A DNA stretch of 63,809 nt, the filler included, from Klebsormidium nitens (Eukaryota; Plantae; Klebsormidiophyceae): assembly GCA_000708835.1 (NCBI GenBank). It is 6 parts of 6 records of this genome, joined end to end, with 100 filler letters (N's around TTAATTAATTAA, not from the genome) between each part and the next. Parts side by side here need not be neighbours in the genome. Positions count along the whole stretch, not along the records: positions 1 to 21,457 come from DF237911.1; positions 21,558 to 39,965 come from DF237951.1; 4 more parts are not named here. One strand, written 5' to 3'. Under the pieces are notes generated by a model. It did not search any database. It saw only the letters and a list, made by a program, of their open reading frames with translations, and was not told where the DNA came from. Positions 12,102 through 24,177 of this stretch are shown in pieces (the first letter of the stretch is position 1; each line of letters begins with the position of its first letter). A program made the position numbers and the translations under genes.

Positions 12102-13598
12102 GCCGCAGTTCTTGGGAACCCTGGTCGTACTCGACCGCGGGCGAGAGAATGATAAGCTCTCCTTCGGAACAATGTGCGCGAGAACTCTTTTGAAGATTCC
12201 CTACACGAGAAGGCTATCTTTGCTTGTGAAAGTCGGTTGTGAGCCGGCAGACCTGAGAATGAGCATACCAACTGGCTCCACCTTGCATTGATTGAGCTGA
12301 AGGAAGACCGCGGCAAATTGGCGCATACCGTCAATGCTGACAGAGATCCATGCATGTGGACTCGTGTGTTCAATATGCCACTGGCATCAACCGGGTGCCC
12401 AGTAGACTCCGAGTGCATTAAGCGCGCTGGGACCAGCTTAAGCTTCATGCATGTTCACATGCACATTTGACAGTCTGCGAGCGAATTAAAACCTTACGCG
12501 ATATTGTCCCTCCACGAAAGCAGCAATTACTAGCTGATCATGGCACATGTCTTCGATCGCGGCGCCGATCCGACAGTCAGTTCAATCTTGAAGCTAAGCC
12601 TGGGAATCAAGCCCAATACTACAATTTCATTGCAACGTGTGTGCTGGCCCTCTATAGTGCATATGTGACGTTGAGCCCGCTACAATCAGCTCATGAATTG
12701 CAGGCCGCCATGGCCTGCTGGCATATATATGCTGAACTTGTATATACGGGATCAAACGGCGGTGCAGGCCAAACCGACCGAGGCGGCCCGAATTACTTCA
12801 AGTCTGGTTGAAAGCGCCGTGCAGCTTGGACCATCTTGAGGTGACGTCACTGTGACGTTGCCCATATACAAGGGGTCAAGCGTTTGATCCTTCTCGTCAA
12901 CATCGCGGCCATGCCGTTTGGTGGGTGAGCAGGGGAAGGACCACCAAATTGGCCTCGCGTATAGTAGTCCCGGTGTCTCCAGCTGATGAGCCCGGTGTCT
13001 CAGACGGTTCCCAATTTTTTTTTGCGCCGTGCGGCTTGGAACGAGTGCACCCGGCCTAGCTGCTGTCCGTATGTTCGGCCCCGGCGCGCCCGCATACGTC
13101 GAGCCAGCCTATGTCAATACTGATCGGACTCGAACATCCGCGGCTGCAGCCGAAAACGGACATGGACATGCAGAGACCGGACATCATCATTGCTAGCGAT
13201 ACGAGCGCGTCCAAACAGATTGCAACACATCTTTAATTTTTTAAATTCGAAGATTGCAACATGGACTGAGTCATATTTTCGAATATTACCCGATGTCTGG
13301 CCATTCCAAGTGCACACGAGCCGTGCATGTCGAACTGGTGGTGGCGGCGTAAACTCTTAGTTGAGCCAGATCACTGCCCGCGACGTAATTGGTTCTGTTA
13401 CGGCCTGACATATCTTCTGAGTCCGGGACATCTATAAGCTAGAAACCGAACCTTTGAACCGTTTGACCTTACTCGGCGGCATCCCTAATAAATGCAACCA
13501 AGCGTCGTTTGACGAAGCGATGCAGAAATCTCTGCAGCGGCCACATATGAATGTCCCAAATCACACCCCTTTTCTAGAGAATCGTCGCAAGTAAAGTC

Positions 13599-16500
13599 TC
13601 AGGCCTGCCCGCGCTGTTCAACCGCCCGCTGCATGCACTCGGGGAATGGGCCCCGGAAGAAGACGTGCTCGGCGATCTCTACGAGGTCACTGCCCGGCAG
13701 GTCGACCACGGCTGCAAAGAAAACACACGGGTTAGGACTTAACCCGACAGCTTAGGTTTGGTGGCATTGCACCCCGATCAAAATCAAAGATATGCCCGGT
13801 AGGTCGACCACGGCTGCAATGGAGAGGATACGGGTTAGCGCTTAACCTGACAGCTAGGTTTGGCGAAGTTCTGAATTAATCACGGGCAAAGACCTTCAAC
13901 AGGTTACTGCCCAATAGGTCGACCACTGCGCTCCAATGGAGGGAACACGGGTCAGCGCTTACCCCGAGAGCTGAGAATTGCTGAAGTGCCGTTTTGCATT
14001 ACGATCTTTACGAGGGCACGACAAAGGTTTTCATTCAGAAAGCGGGACGAAACGCCAAGTGGGCTTGACAATTTTCTTGTGGGCGATTGACCAGCGTTTC
14101 AAACGTTCGGCACTTCGAGTTCGACCAAGTATTATCCGGTTTTAGGGAGCGCTCTGAAGAAAGTCGCATCCCAGAAGAAAAAGCTGAGAAAGAGGGACCC
14201 AGACCGTGAAGAATGAGATTGAAAAGTCCGACGACGTCATTTCACGATTTTCCAGTTAGTTACCAAGCAAATAAGATGAAAAACATCAAGTCGATAACGA
14301 AATCTTGGGTTGAAGAAAGAAGCAAGTCAACATTGACGAAGACGAAAACACAAAGGGTCAGAGGACGAGAAGAAAGAAAGCCGGAACAGGACACGCATAG
14401 CAAGGCTGGCCGCCTCACAGTCGAGCTTCATGACGACCGTGTAGTCCCGGATGAAGATGACGGTCGGCACATTCGCCACGCGCAGCGCGGCCGCGAGCGC
14501 CTTCTCGTTTTCCGCGTTCAGCTTGACGACCTGAACGGAAGCGGAATATATGCGTGAGCAAGAGCGGAATCGCTTGCGGGGCCGAGAAGGTGGGTTGACT
14601 GGTGAATGAGACAAGTCGCATGCGTCTACCACTCGCCTTGATGACCTGATGAAATGAATAGGAGCCGTCATCTGACACAAGGATCATAAGTGTACGCCTG
14701 AAGAACATGGGAAGAAAGTCAAGGCCAAAGGCCTCACGATGATGACTTCTGACAAGCTCAACCCGTATTGCTCCGTTTCCTTTCACTCGTGGATGTGGGA
14801 ACGCTTGGCAAAGAGGGGCGCTTGTATCGGGGTTACCGCGATAAGACCACTTTGGCCAAGGCTGATCAGTATTGTACAACTGTCGCGCAACCCACCGGCC
14901 TGCAAAGTGCTCTTTGCAATCTGCTCTATCAAAACAGCCAGGAATAAGGCAAACGCACGAATCAAAGAAGTATGTGGCAACCGTCTCATCCAAGCGATGA
15001 CGTCACACGATGCGTCATTAGCACAGGATGAGGGACCTACCCTGACGCGCTCGCCCATGGTGCGCGCGAGCGTGGCCACTTCGACGGCCATTCTGCGACA
15101 GGGCCTCGCCCTGCAGTCAAAGATAGCAGGCATCTCTCAGCAGATGTTCGGGCCTTGTAAACTGGCAGGTCGGCGTACCCAAGCCTTATTGCTGGAAAGC
15201 GGCGGTCCACATCGATAAGATGCCAGCCTTGATTTGTCTGGACAAAATGTTATTATCGAACTTTGACTGTTTGTTTGTTTGGGGAAGGTGTTCCGTCATG
15301 GTCAGACACGTGACCTGCCCGCTCGCTTTCGCGGCACGCTCAAGTGCACCGAAAGGAGTTGAATCTTGGGTAACCAATCTTTGATCTGATCGCAGGTCAT
15401 AAGGTCAACAACTAGATGCAGTTCAACAACCAAACTGGTTGAATGTAAGGCTTCGACCAACACTGCTCGCCACCTCGCAAAATGCTCAATTACGAGCGGG
15501 CTCAGACAGGTTCGCTTCCAACTTGTCACATAGGATGTCACATCAAAAGGCTGGCGGAAACGGGAAATTGAAAACGTTGGACAGCCGTGTGGAAAGAAGA
15601 ACCACGGAGCACGTGGCAGTAGGATCGCTCACCACGTGGCAAATACCTCGACAACGAGCGGGCTCGGGTCTCTCGTGACGTCTTCCCACTCATCCGAGGA
15701 AATCTGCTGCACAAGGGGCTGGTTAAACGGGTCTTCCTCCGGGGCCACATTCGCCAGCTCCGCCAATTCCGCTAGCTTCATCTCCTCGCCCTCGAACCGG
15801 ATCGGGCCGTCGGTAGGGGGGACAGTTGCCTGCAAAGCGGGTTAAGGAACTGGGTTGAACTCAAGTTACAGGGGTGCCTAAAGCGTGGCAGCAGATTGAA
15901 GACAATCTTAAGCGTAGGAGTTCAGTGCTTCGCCTGCGTTGTTGAAATTTACCTGACCTACCGACGGTGGTAAAAGTTAGATGCTCAATTGTGGGGCATA
16001 CTCCCCTACTTGGATAGCGTTGCTGCTAGGTAGCACACAACTGATGCTCGGGACAGACCTAAACGGAAACCTCTGAAGTCAACAATTACGTGCTCTGCAG
16101 AAACCATACCTACTCAAACGCTTCAAAAACCCCTCCTGTTACCCGGCAGTAATGTAATGCTGTTTAGAATCAAGCCAGGTGACGTACACGTCTGCATTGT
16201 ATCCTATGGGAAAGTAACACCTCATGAAATTACAGAAGCTTCGCTCTCACCTTCTCGACCACGGGTCTGATGTCGTCATCGGGAATGGGGTCCACCTCCC
16301 CGCCCCAGAAAGCCTCGCTCTCAAACTCCCGCAACTGCTCCTTCAGATTGGCCGTCACTTCCTCCTTATCCAGGATCCCGTCCTTGAAAATGTCGTCCAG
16401 AGTCGCTCCGCTGAGCCCCAGCGTTTTCTTGAGCTCCTCAGACTCCTCAAGAGAATTGGTATCGTCTGCGGCTTCGTTGACGCCTGTCCGGGGACTCGAC

Positions 16501-19500
16501 TCAACATCCGACGGTGCAGTGCTTTCTACAAAAGGAGCAGCGGGCTTTGGAGCGAGGGTTTCCGAAACAGGGGGAACAATTGAGGGCTCGGCGGGCCCCC
16601 CCGGGAGACTTTCTTGCTGGAGATCAGACCCCTCACTCTCTTCCTCTTCTTCACTTTCCCTTGTCCTGTCCGTTTCTGCTGCGGACGCGCTTTCTACGGA
16701 CCGATTCTCCGCCCACTTGTCGCTCGCCAGAATCTGGTTAATATTCCGTCCCCTTAACCCCATTTGCCGCAGCGTTAACCCCACCGCCGCTACCGGAAAC
16801 GTCACCCGCCGCCGCGCCAGCGTCCCCGACCGCTTGGACAGCTGATCGCTCATGAAGTTCCCAAACCCGGGTTTGAGAAGCAGGTCGCTCAAACCCTCCT
16901 CCTCTAACCCGGCTTCCTCCAAAACAGGTTTCAGCGACTCAAACTGCTTGTAGGTCACCTTCGGAAGCGCCGCCTCCAGTTCCTTCGCCCACTGCTTCAG
17001 CTCCGCCTGCTTCATCTCCTCGTCGTCCGAATCTTCGTCACCGTCCGCAGAGTCTGGACCGTCCGACGGCTTCGGACCGGCCGCTTTTGCCGCGTCCGAA
17101 GCTTTCAAACCGTCCGATTCCGCTCTATCCGCAGCCTTCGTTCCATCTGCACCGTCCGAACCCTTCGGACGCTCGAGCCGCCGCTCCAGCGCGTCGTGCA
17201 TCGCCCGCAGCCGCTCCTTATGCTCCGGATCCATCCGTTCCTTTCCGTTTCCGGACGGTTCCGGTGCGTCCGATTCGGCGTCCGACTCCTCCTCCTCTCC
17301 GTCCGAAAAGCAGTCCTCGTACTCCTCTTCGCCCCAATCAATCCCCAGATCCTCGTCTTCCTTCAGGTACGTGCTTGCAAACAAGTCCTCACCTGACTCC
17401 GCCGGTCTCTCCTGCGTTTCTCCCCGCGCCTCGTTTCCGCTCTTCCCACTCCTCTTCCGTTCCTTTCCGTTCCGCTCCGGTCCGTTCTGCTCCGTTCCGC
17501 TACTGCCCAGACCGCTCGACCCGGCGGACCCAGCCCCAGAAACCCTTTCCCGCTTCTGAGCTCGGGCCGCTTTGTCGTTCAAATTGCCACTGTCCGAACG
17601 ACTGCCAGACTCTGTGGCACTGTCCCGCCCCGACTGCAGAACCGCCCGGTACCCCGGCTCGCCCGCCATCACCGTAAAGCCCTCCGAGAATCGCCCGTTA
17701 TCGTCCCCATTCTCGTTCGGAGTGTCACTACCAGAAACTGCCTCTTCTGAACCCCCGGCACGCACTTCTCCGCCAAACGCCGCCCCTCCCTTACGCCAAT
17801 CAGATCTTGCCGTACCCGCGCCTCCCAAACCTTCCGTCTCTTGCACGAGTTCCGCTTCCACGATTTCGCCGTCCGAATCTTCGTCCAAATCGTCGTCGTC
17901 GTCTGAATCGCTGTCCGAAAGGTCCGAGTACTCTCCCTCGAACGGCTCCATGGCGGACTCCCAGTCCGGCAGCTCGGGTTCCGGCTCGAGTTCGTCGACG
18001 GAATCCGTTTCCGCTTCCTCTTCTGCGGCCCCATTCAGGGGCTTCCCGTCACGGCTGATCTCGCGCCCTTCCTCGTCATAGACATGGCGCGTTTCAGTGA
18101 CCTTGACGCCCTTCTTTTCCGCGTAAGTAAAGAGCTTTTTTCTGCAAGTCGAGAACAGATTGGACGGGAATGGATCAGATCAGAAGGTTGCGTGACTCCC
18201 CTCGAATTGGATTCAGTCAGCTTCATGCCCTTCTATCCGAGCTCCAAAGGCCCCGGCTGATGCAAGCACGGATGTCGGAGTGTAAATTCTTAAGATTGAT
18301 TCATGTCCAGAATTTACAAGATTGGATCCATCCTCCTATACGTGTAAATGAGACCTTCTTTTTGGATGAAAGGTGAGGCGCTGACATCAACAAAGAATTA
18401 TTTCTTCTTGCAGAGTCAAGCAAGGATATCGACAGGCACAGCGTTTCAGATTCCGCTTCTCCTTAAATACCGTTGCCTGCATCTGCCCATCGCGATATGT
18501 TGAACCGTGTATTCCCTCCTGACCGTCGAGGAGATTCTGCGGACTTTGTAAGCTGACCAGGGCTATAGTGTTCTACCTCGTGACTAGGCGGATGGCATGC
18601 TTTTACTACCCCAAGCTGTTCTGCTTTCGGGACAATTGAATGACGACCCCAATCACGTTTAAGACAGCAAGCAGTTGAAATGCGTTAACCTTTCTCGGCG
18701 CCCTACTTCTATCTTAGGCAATCGAAGCCTCAAAGCTTTCCAAATGATGCAAGCCCCGGGCACCTACTTCCGATACTTGCATGACAACAACTCAAAAGAA
18801 CCAACCAGATAAACAAGACAGCCCAAGGGGAATCGGACAGAACTCAGACAGAACCAAGCGCTCACCGGAAAATGTAGTCCTCCAGCTGCGCCTTCTCCTT
18901 CTCCTTCTTTGCCTTTTCCTCCGCCTCTAGTTCCCGCCGCCACTTGGGCGTCTGCTGGCCCGCCACCTGGTCGTACCCCCAATCCACCACCTCAACGTCT
19001 TTCTCCGTCTGCCGGTCCCGCGCTTTCTTCAGGTGCTCGAGCAGATCGGGCGGCAGGTCGTCCACTTTCATCGCGAACTTCTCCTCTTCGGAGTTCTTCT
19101 CGGACTCGGGCTTGTAGTTCCAATCGGGGTCGCCGAACTCGTCGATGGGCACCGTCCGAATGGTCTCCTCGGACGATTCGGATGCGTCAGGTGTCTCTGA
19201 CGTCTCCGAGTTTTCAGACGCCGCCAACCGCTCTGACAATCCCAACTCCTCTGACGCATCTAATGTGACCGGCCTCGTATTTGCGCTGGCAGTCTCGGGA
19301 TCAATTGAATCCAGAGCACTCACTTCCGAGTGCGATCCTTCTTCTGCTGCCGCCTCCGCTTGCATTCGCTTTCTTTCCTCTTCGTCTTCATCCCCTTCTT
19401 CTTCTTCTTCCTCCTCTTCTTCCCAACCCTGCTTAGCAGCCCACATCCTGAACTCCGCTTCTTCCCTCGCTTTCCTCGCCTTCACTTCGCTTGACCACGT

Positions 19501-20421
19501 TTCCGGCCCTCCCCGCCTTCCAATCTCTGCCACATCCACCGTACCTGCAAACGGGGGGGGCAATTCCCCCCTGTCGACTGCCCCCTGCCGCTCCTTCTGC
19601 GCATAAAACTCCCGCACCTCCCTCGCCCTGTCCATGAGCCCCACCGGAAGCATCGCCACCGCTTCCGCCGCCGTCAGCTCCGTGGGGGTGGCGATCTCCA
19701 CGTCCGGGAAGTCATCCCCCTCGAAATCGCCGCCGACCTCAGCGACGACGTCATCGATCTCGTCCTCCCCAATCACGTCCCAGCCGCCATTTTCATCCAC
19801 CTCCCAAGCCTGCTCGTATGCAGATTCTTGAGACTCTGCACTGCTCGACGACGCTTTTCCGCTGGCACCATTTGCAGCTTCTTCTGCAGCTCGCGCCCGC
19901 GCCATCGCTCTCTTAAGCACCGACTCTTTCTCGCCGCGGCTTTCATCTTCCCACTCTCCACTTCTAGTTCCCGGCGGCTGCTGCCAACCACTTTCTTGTG
20001 CCTCAATCCTATCAGCGCCGCCCGAACTGGACGCCCCACCTCCGTCCAAACGCCCACCGTCCGAAATGCCGCCTCCTGGATTTGCCCCCACACTCCGTTC
20101 TTCTACGAAACCACCCTCAGTCCGCCCCTCCGGCGTATCATCGCCCCGACTTTCAGCCGCTGTGACATTTCGCCCACCCCTGCTTTTTCTTGCAGTTCTT
20201 TGAAGTCGTTTTGCACCTGTCGTGACAGCTGGCAGCGCTGCTCCAAGGAACGGCGACAGGTGTTTGCATTGCACGTGGATTCCATGATGGCCCTTGAGGA
20301 ATGCCTGGAAGCCTGGGAAGCCCGACGATGGAGGTGGTGCCGAAAAGTCACAGCATTGCCGCCTGCTGGACGGAGAGGGCGCTGCAATCTGGAAGCGCCC
20401 GCACAGCGCCGCCTGCGCCAT
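13599..20421 (-). CDS. Plastid-targeted ~1312-aa acidic protein with C-terminal non-canonical thioredoxin fold, MRL7/RCB/NCP-like
   Basis: Exons on the minus strand are 20421-18866, 18141-16251, 15829-15633, 15110-15041, 14530-14419 and 13711-13599. They total 3939 nt (1313 codons), with GT-AG junctions all in phase. The N-terminus is Ser/Arg-rich and transit-peptide-like, followed by ~1100 aa of D/E-rich low complexity. The C-terminus reads VQQISSDEWEDVTRDPSPLVVEVFATWARPC...ALAAALRVANVPTVIFIR...DLVEIAEHVFFRGPFPECM, matching the recalled RCB/NCP pattern (EWEE.V.KD.SPL.V.V, LVSALKVSVFPEIIF, FFYYGAAKPPCL). Confidence 0.85.
13690..13990. repeat. Three tandem ~102-115-bp copies spanning the last acceptor site and start of the last exon of the Trx-like gene
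   Basis: AGGTCGACCAC...CACGGGTTAG...TTAACC.GACAGC recurs at ~13699, ~13801 and ~13916. Confidence 0.85.
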
Positions 20422-21277
20422 CGATGGGGTTGCTGTTTTAACTTATATGTAATCTGCGTTAATTTCTTCTTCAAGCAAGCGTTGAGGTCACATGGTCGCC
20501 CTACTACCCAGCGACAGGTGCCATTGAAGGTGTTCCAACATTTTCCACGCACACTTCTGTCGGTGTGAAGGAACTTGAAGTTGAAGTTGAAGTTGACGAG
20601 GCCTGACGAAAACTTTGATCCCCTGTGGTAATGGTTGCCTCCCTGATAATGGTAGTTACTGAACTTCTTAGCTATCGATGTTACTAGAATATTGCCCTGT
20701 TTCTACATAAATTCGCATTTATCGTCGAAACCGCCGGATTGGATGCCGCGCGCTCTGGCAATTTTGCATTTAGCGACAGAATCTTGTGACGGATTGTACC
20801 TCACGTCAATTCTATCGAACTGAATCTACCGCCATTTAAAGGGTCCGTCGAAAATGACTACTCGGGACGTCGTGTTAGGGCGAAAGTTTTGGTACATATC
20901 TGCTCAACAGGTCGCTGCAAATATCCAACCGAGGCTCAAGGCGGAAGTAAACTTAGGATTGTGGATTGACCGTACAGTTTACGGACTTGGAGAAACAAGT
21001 TAAACCCTCAACCAGATCTACATCGACCGGGTTGTTCCTCCCGGTGTGAAGTGGAGCCAACCGACCACTACTTTATACTTCAGTTTCTCAATCCCGGTAG
21101 CTAAAGTCGGTCCTTCCTCCCACGCTTCCGGCCATCGTGGACCGCGTGGGTTAAGAGGCAAGTTCAGTATCACATCGTAGATTAGTTCTGCCCGGAATGT
21201 GACAGATTCACTGAGCCCTCAGGTTTCTGCTCTACGGTCCCCGGGCTTGACCCCCGTGCAGCATATTGCACATTCGG

Positions 21278-21457
21278 TCAAACCTGGCCGCTTGACCCGA
21301 GTCCGATTTGCATGAGCCGATCGCAGAACTTTGCCCGATGCGCAAAACTTGGGCCCTCGGATGCTAGGACAAAATTCATCGAACGGCCCAGGTTCTGCGC
21401 TTTCGGCCAAGTTCTGCGATGGGCTGAAAGCAGTCAGGTCAGGCGGCCAAGGTTTGA
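21278..21457. repeat. Imperfect 180-bp palindrome / fold-back element abutting an assembly gap
   Basis: Nested inverted segments: TCAAACCTGGCCGCTTGACC vs GGTCAGGCGGCCAAGGTTTGA; AGCCGATCGCAGAACTT vs AAGTTCTGCGATGGGCT; GCGCAAAACTTGGGCC vs GGCCCAGGTTCTGCGC. Confidence 0.7.
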
Positions 21458-21558
21458 NNNNNNNNNNNNNNNNNNNNNNNNNNNNNNNNNNNNNNNNNNN
21501 NTTAATTAATTAANNNNNNNNNNNNNNNNNNNNNNNNNNNNNNNNNNNNNNNNNNNNT

Positions 21559-24177
21559 TGAGGTTTGACGGGTAGGTAGTCCTTGTTGCTCAAAAAGTGA
21601 AGGGGGTTTACGTGGTCAACAGGGTTGAGAAGGACACGTGCTTTCCTGTGAGGAAGCCGCAAACTGCGGAATCGCGGCACCGACGGTTGGGACACGCCGG
21701 ATACGAAAACTTGGCGAAAATGGTGCAGGCCGACCTCGTGGAAGGGGTCAAGGTGAAACCGAGTGCGTTTAGGGCGCTTAAAACCTTGGTGTGCGAGCCC
21801 TGCATGATAGGGAAGCAGACAAGGTTCCCCTTCTCGGCCCCCAACTCGGTGAGCACGGAGCCTCTTGAGCTAGTCCACATGGACGTCCGCGGGCCAATGC
21901 CGGTAGCCTCATTAGGGGGAGGCCGGTACTCTGCCACGTTCTTGGACGACTACAGCAACTCTCGGTTGTAGTCCCCATGAAGCAAAAGAGCGAAGTGGCC
22001 AAAGTGACTTAGCAGACAATAAACCCGCTGGAGTTGCAATTGGGGAAGAAGCTAAAGTCGGTGCGGAATGACCGGAGCAAGGAGTACGTCAACAAGGCCC
22101 TTGAAAACGTTTTCGGGGGCAAGGGACGGTTCACGAGAAACCGCCCCCTACAGTGCCGAGCAAAATGGATCGCGGAATCGGCTCAATTGGGATTTGGAGG
22201 AGAATATTTGTGCAATGCTTGAGGACTCGGGCTTGCCCAAAGACTTGTGGGCGATGCCGTGGTGACGGCCAACTACACATGGAACCGGGCCCGTGAGCGC
22301 ACATGGGAAGACCCCTTGGGAGGCGTTCTTTGGTGAAAGGCCGAATGTCGGGCATATGAGGGTATTTGGTGCTGTAAGTACGGACCGTGCTGACGTCACG
22401 CCGACGTGACAAGTCCCGTACTTAAACCAAGCGCGCTATCAACTGGACTTACTCGCGAGTATTAGGCCAGTTGGTAGCGCGCTTGGCTTAAGTACGGGAC
22501 TTGTGACGTCGGCGTGACGTCAGCACGGTCCGTACTTACAACAGCGCGCACTTTCACAAACGGGCTAAATTGAGGGCAAATTTGAAATTGTGCGCAAAAA
22601 CAGGGCAGAGCCGGAGAAGATTGAGGAGGATACCGGGATGCAAACACCGGCTGCCATGAGGTACCGCGCGCGCGAGAGACGCGCACCAACGGAGTGCTAC
22701 CGCATTAAATTGGTGACGGAACCGATGGCGGGGGAGCACCCCAAAGGGAGGGGGGAAGCACCCAAAACCCGCAGATCTATCAAAAAGCCGTGGGGAAGAA
22801 GATTGATGATTTATGACGGAGATCGAGGACGATGGGATGCGGTTTTTGTTGGAGAACGGGATTGGGGAGCTCGTTAGAAACCGGAAGGGGTGTTGCCGGT
22901 TCTCACGAAGTGGGTTTACAAATTCAGCGGGACGCTTTCGGAAATGTGGAGCGGTACAAATCGGCAGTGGTGGCAAAAGAGTATCTACGAAAGCCGGTAA
23001 TTGACTTTCAGAAAGTCTACACCGAGTGAGAAAGCACACGACTTTGCGTGCGCTATTGGCGATGGTCGCGGCGCGTGACTGGGAGCTGTTTCATTTGGAC
23101 GTCAAGACGGCGTTCCTAAATGGGGAACTGCTGCAGGAGAACTACATGCAACAGCCGCAGAGATACGAGCAAGGCGGGCCCAACATGGTCTGCCGCCTCA
23201 AGCGCATCTTCTACCGGTTGCGCCAGGCGCCGTGGTGCATGGCACATGCGCCTGAAACAGGAGCTCGGAAACTTTGAGTTTGTGGCGTCAATGGCGGACG
23301 CGGCGCTCTTCACCGAAATAGCAGCGGGGGAGCGGGTCTACCTACCTAGTGGTATAGTTGGACGACCTCCCAATGGCGGTCCTGGGAGATGGACCGCATT
23401 GCAAAGGTGAAGAGGTGAAGGGCGCTTTTGGCCAAGAAGTTTGACGTGCGAATTTTAAGGAGGCGAAACACTCCCTCGGCATAAAGCTGACGCGCGATAG
23501 ACAGGCGCGCAGTCTAAAGCTAATGACGGGAGAGGAAGTTGGACGGTACAGACTAGCGAATTGCTTGGGCGCGCAGCATCCCTCTCGGGACGGGGGGCAA
23601 ATTGACGAGAGAGGCTGAGCCCCTCAACACACAGCAATTCCCTACAGTGAGTGCGTGAGAAGCCTTTTGTACTTGTCTGTCTGCACTAGCCCGACACAAT
23701 TGCATAGGCAGTGGGCGCGCTTGCGCGCTTTATGGCGGGGCGGGCGGAGGAGCACTGGCGGGCGGTGCTTGGAGTTGTGCCCTATCTAGCGGGTACGTTG
23801 GGGTAGAAGGAGGCGGTGAGCCAGTTGAGTAGGCTGCAGCCAATGGTGGCGTCCTCAACGGTAGAGGCAAATACATGAGCGCAGCGCAAGCGGTGAAGGA
23901 GGCGCTGTGGTTCCGCAAGCTGGGGGAGATCGAGACGGTCCAAATCTATTGCGACAACCAGGATACAAAACGGCTCCTCAAGCACCCAATCGGTTCACAA
24001 TGGTCAAAGTACATTGACGTGATCATCACATTGCACGGTACGTGTGGCACGCAAGGAGGTCGCGTTCGCGCAGTGCAGGACGAAGGCGGACATCATGATC
24101 AAGGCGTTAGCACCGGGGAACTTCTAAGTGTGCAAGAGCGAGACAAGAATTCCTTGAGTCATTTGCATGTGGGGTAG
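21559..24177 (+). mobile_element. Degenerate Ty1/Copia internal region (pre-integrase, integrase, RT, RNase H)
   Basis: Fragments in Copia order with many stops and frameshifts: HRRLGHAGY...CEPCMIGKQ, LELVHMDVRGP (integrase), LFHLDVKTAFLNGEL (RT), IYCDNQ (RNase H). A purine tract (GTGGGGTAG) lies directly before the LTR. Confidence 0.92.
22370..22543. mobile_element. 174-bp fold-back element with TG(T/C)TG...CAACA ends inserted in the Copia integrase region
   Basis: 77-bp arms (22370-22446 and 22467-22543) with 4 mismatches and a 20-bp spacer. It interrupts the Copia RVFG/ARA motif. A second, deleted copy lies at 25858-25951. Confidence 0.85.

Noticed and set aside
21458-21557. TTAATTAATTAA palindrome inside N runs (also 39966-40065, 47549-47648, 57112-57211, 62518-62617)
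   Set aside because: An artificial scaffold spacer with stops in all six frames. ORFs containing X that end in LIN are artefacts.
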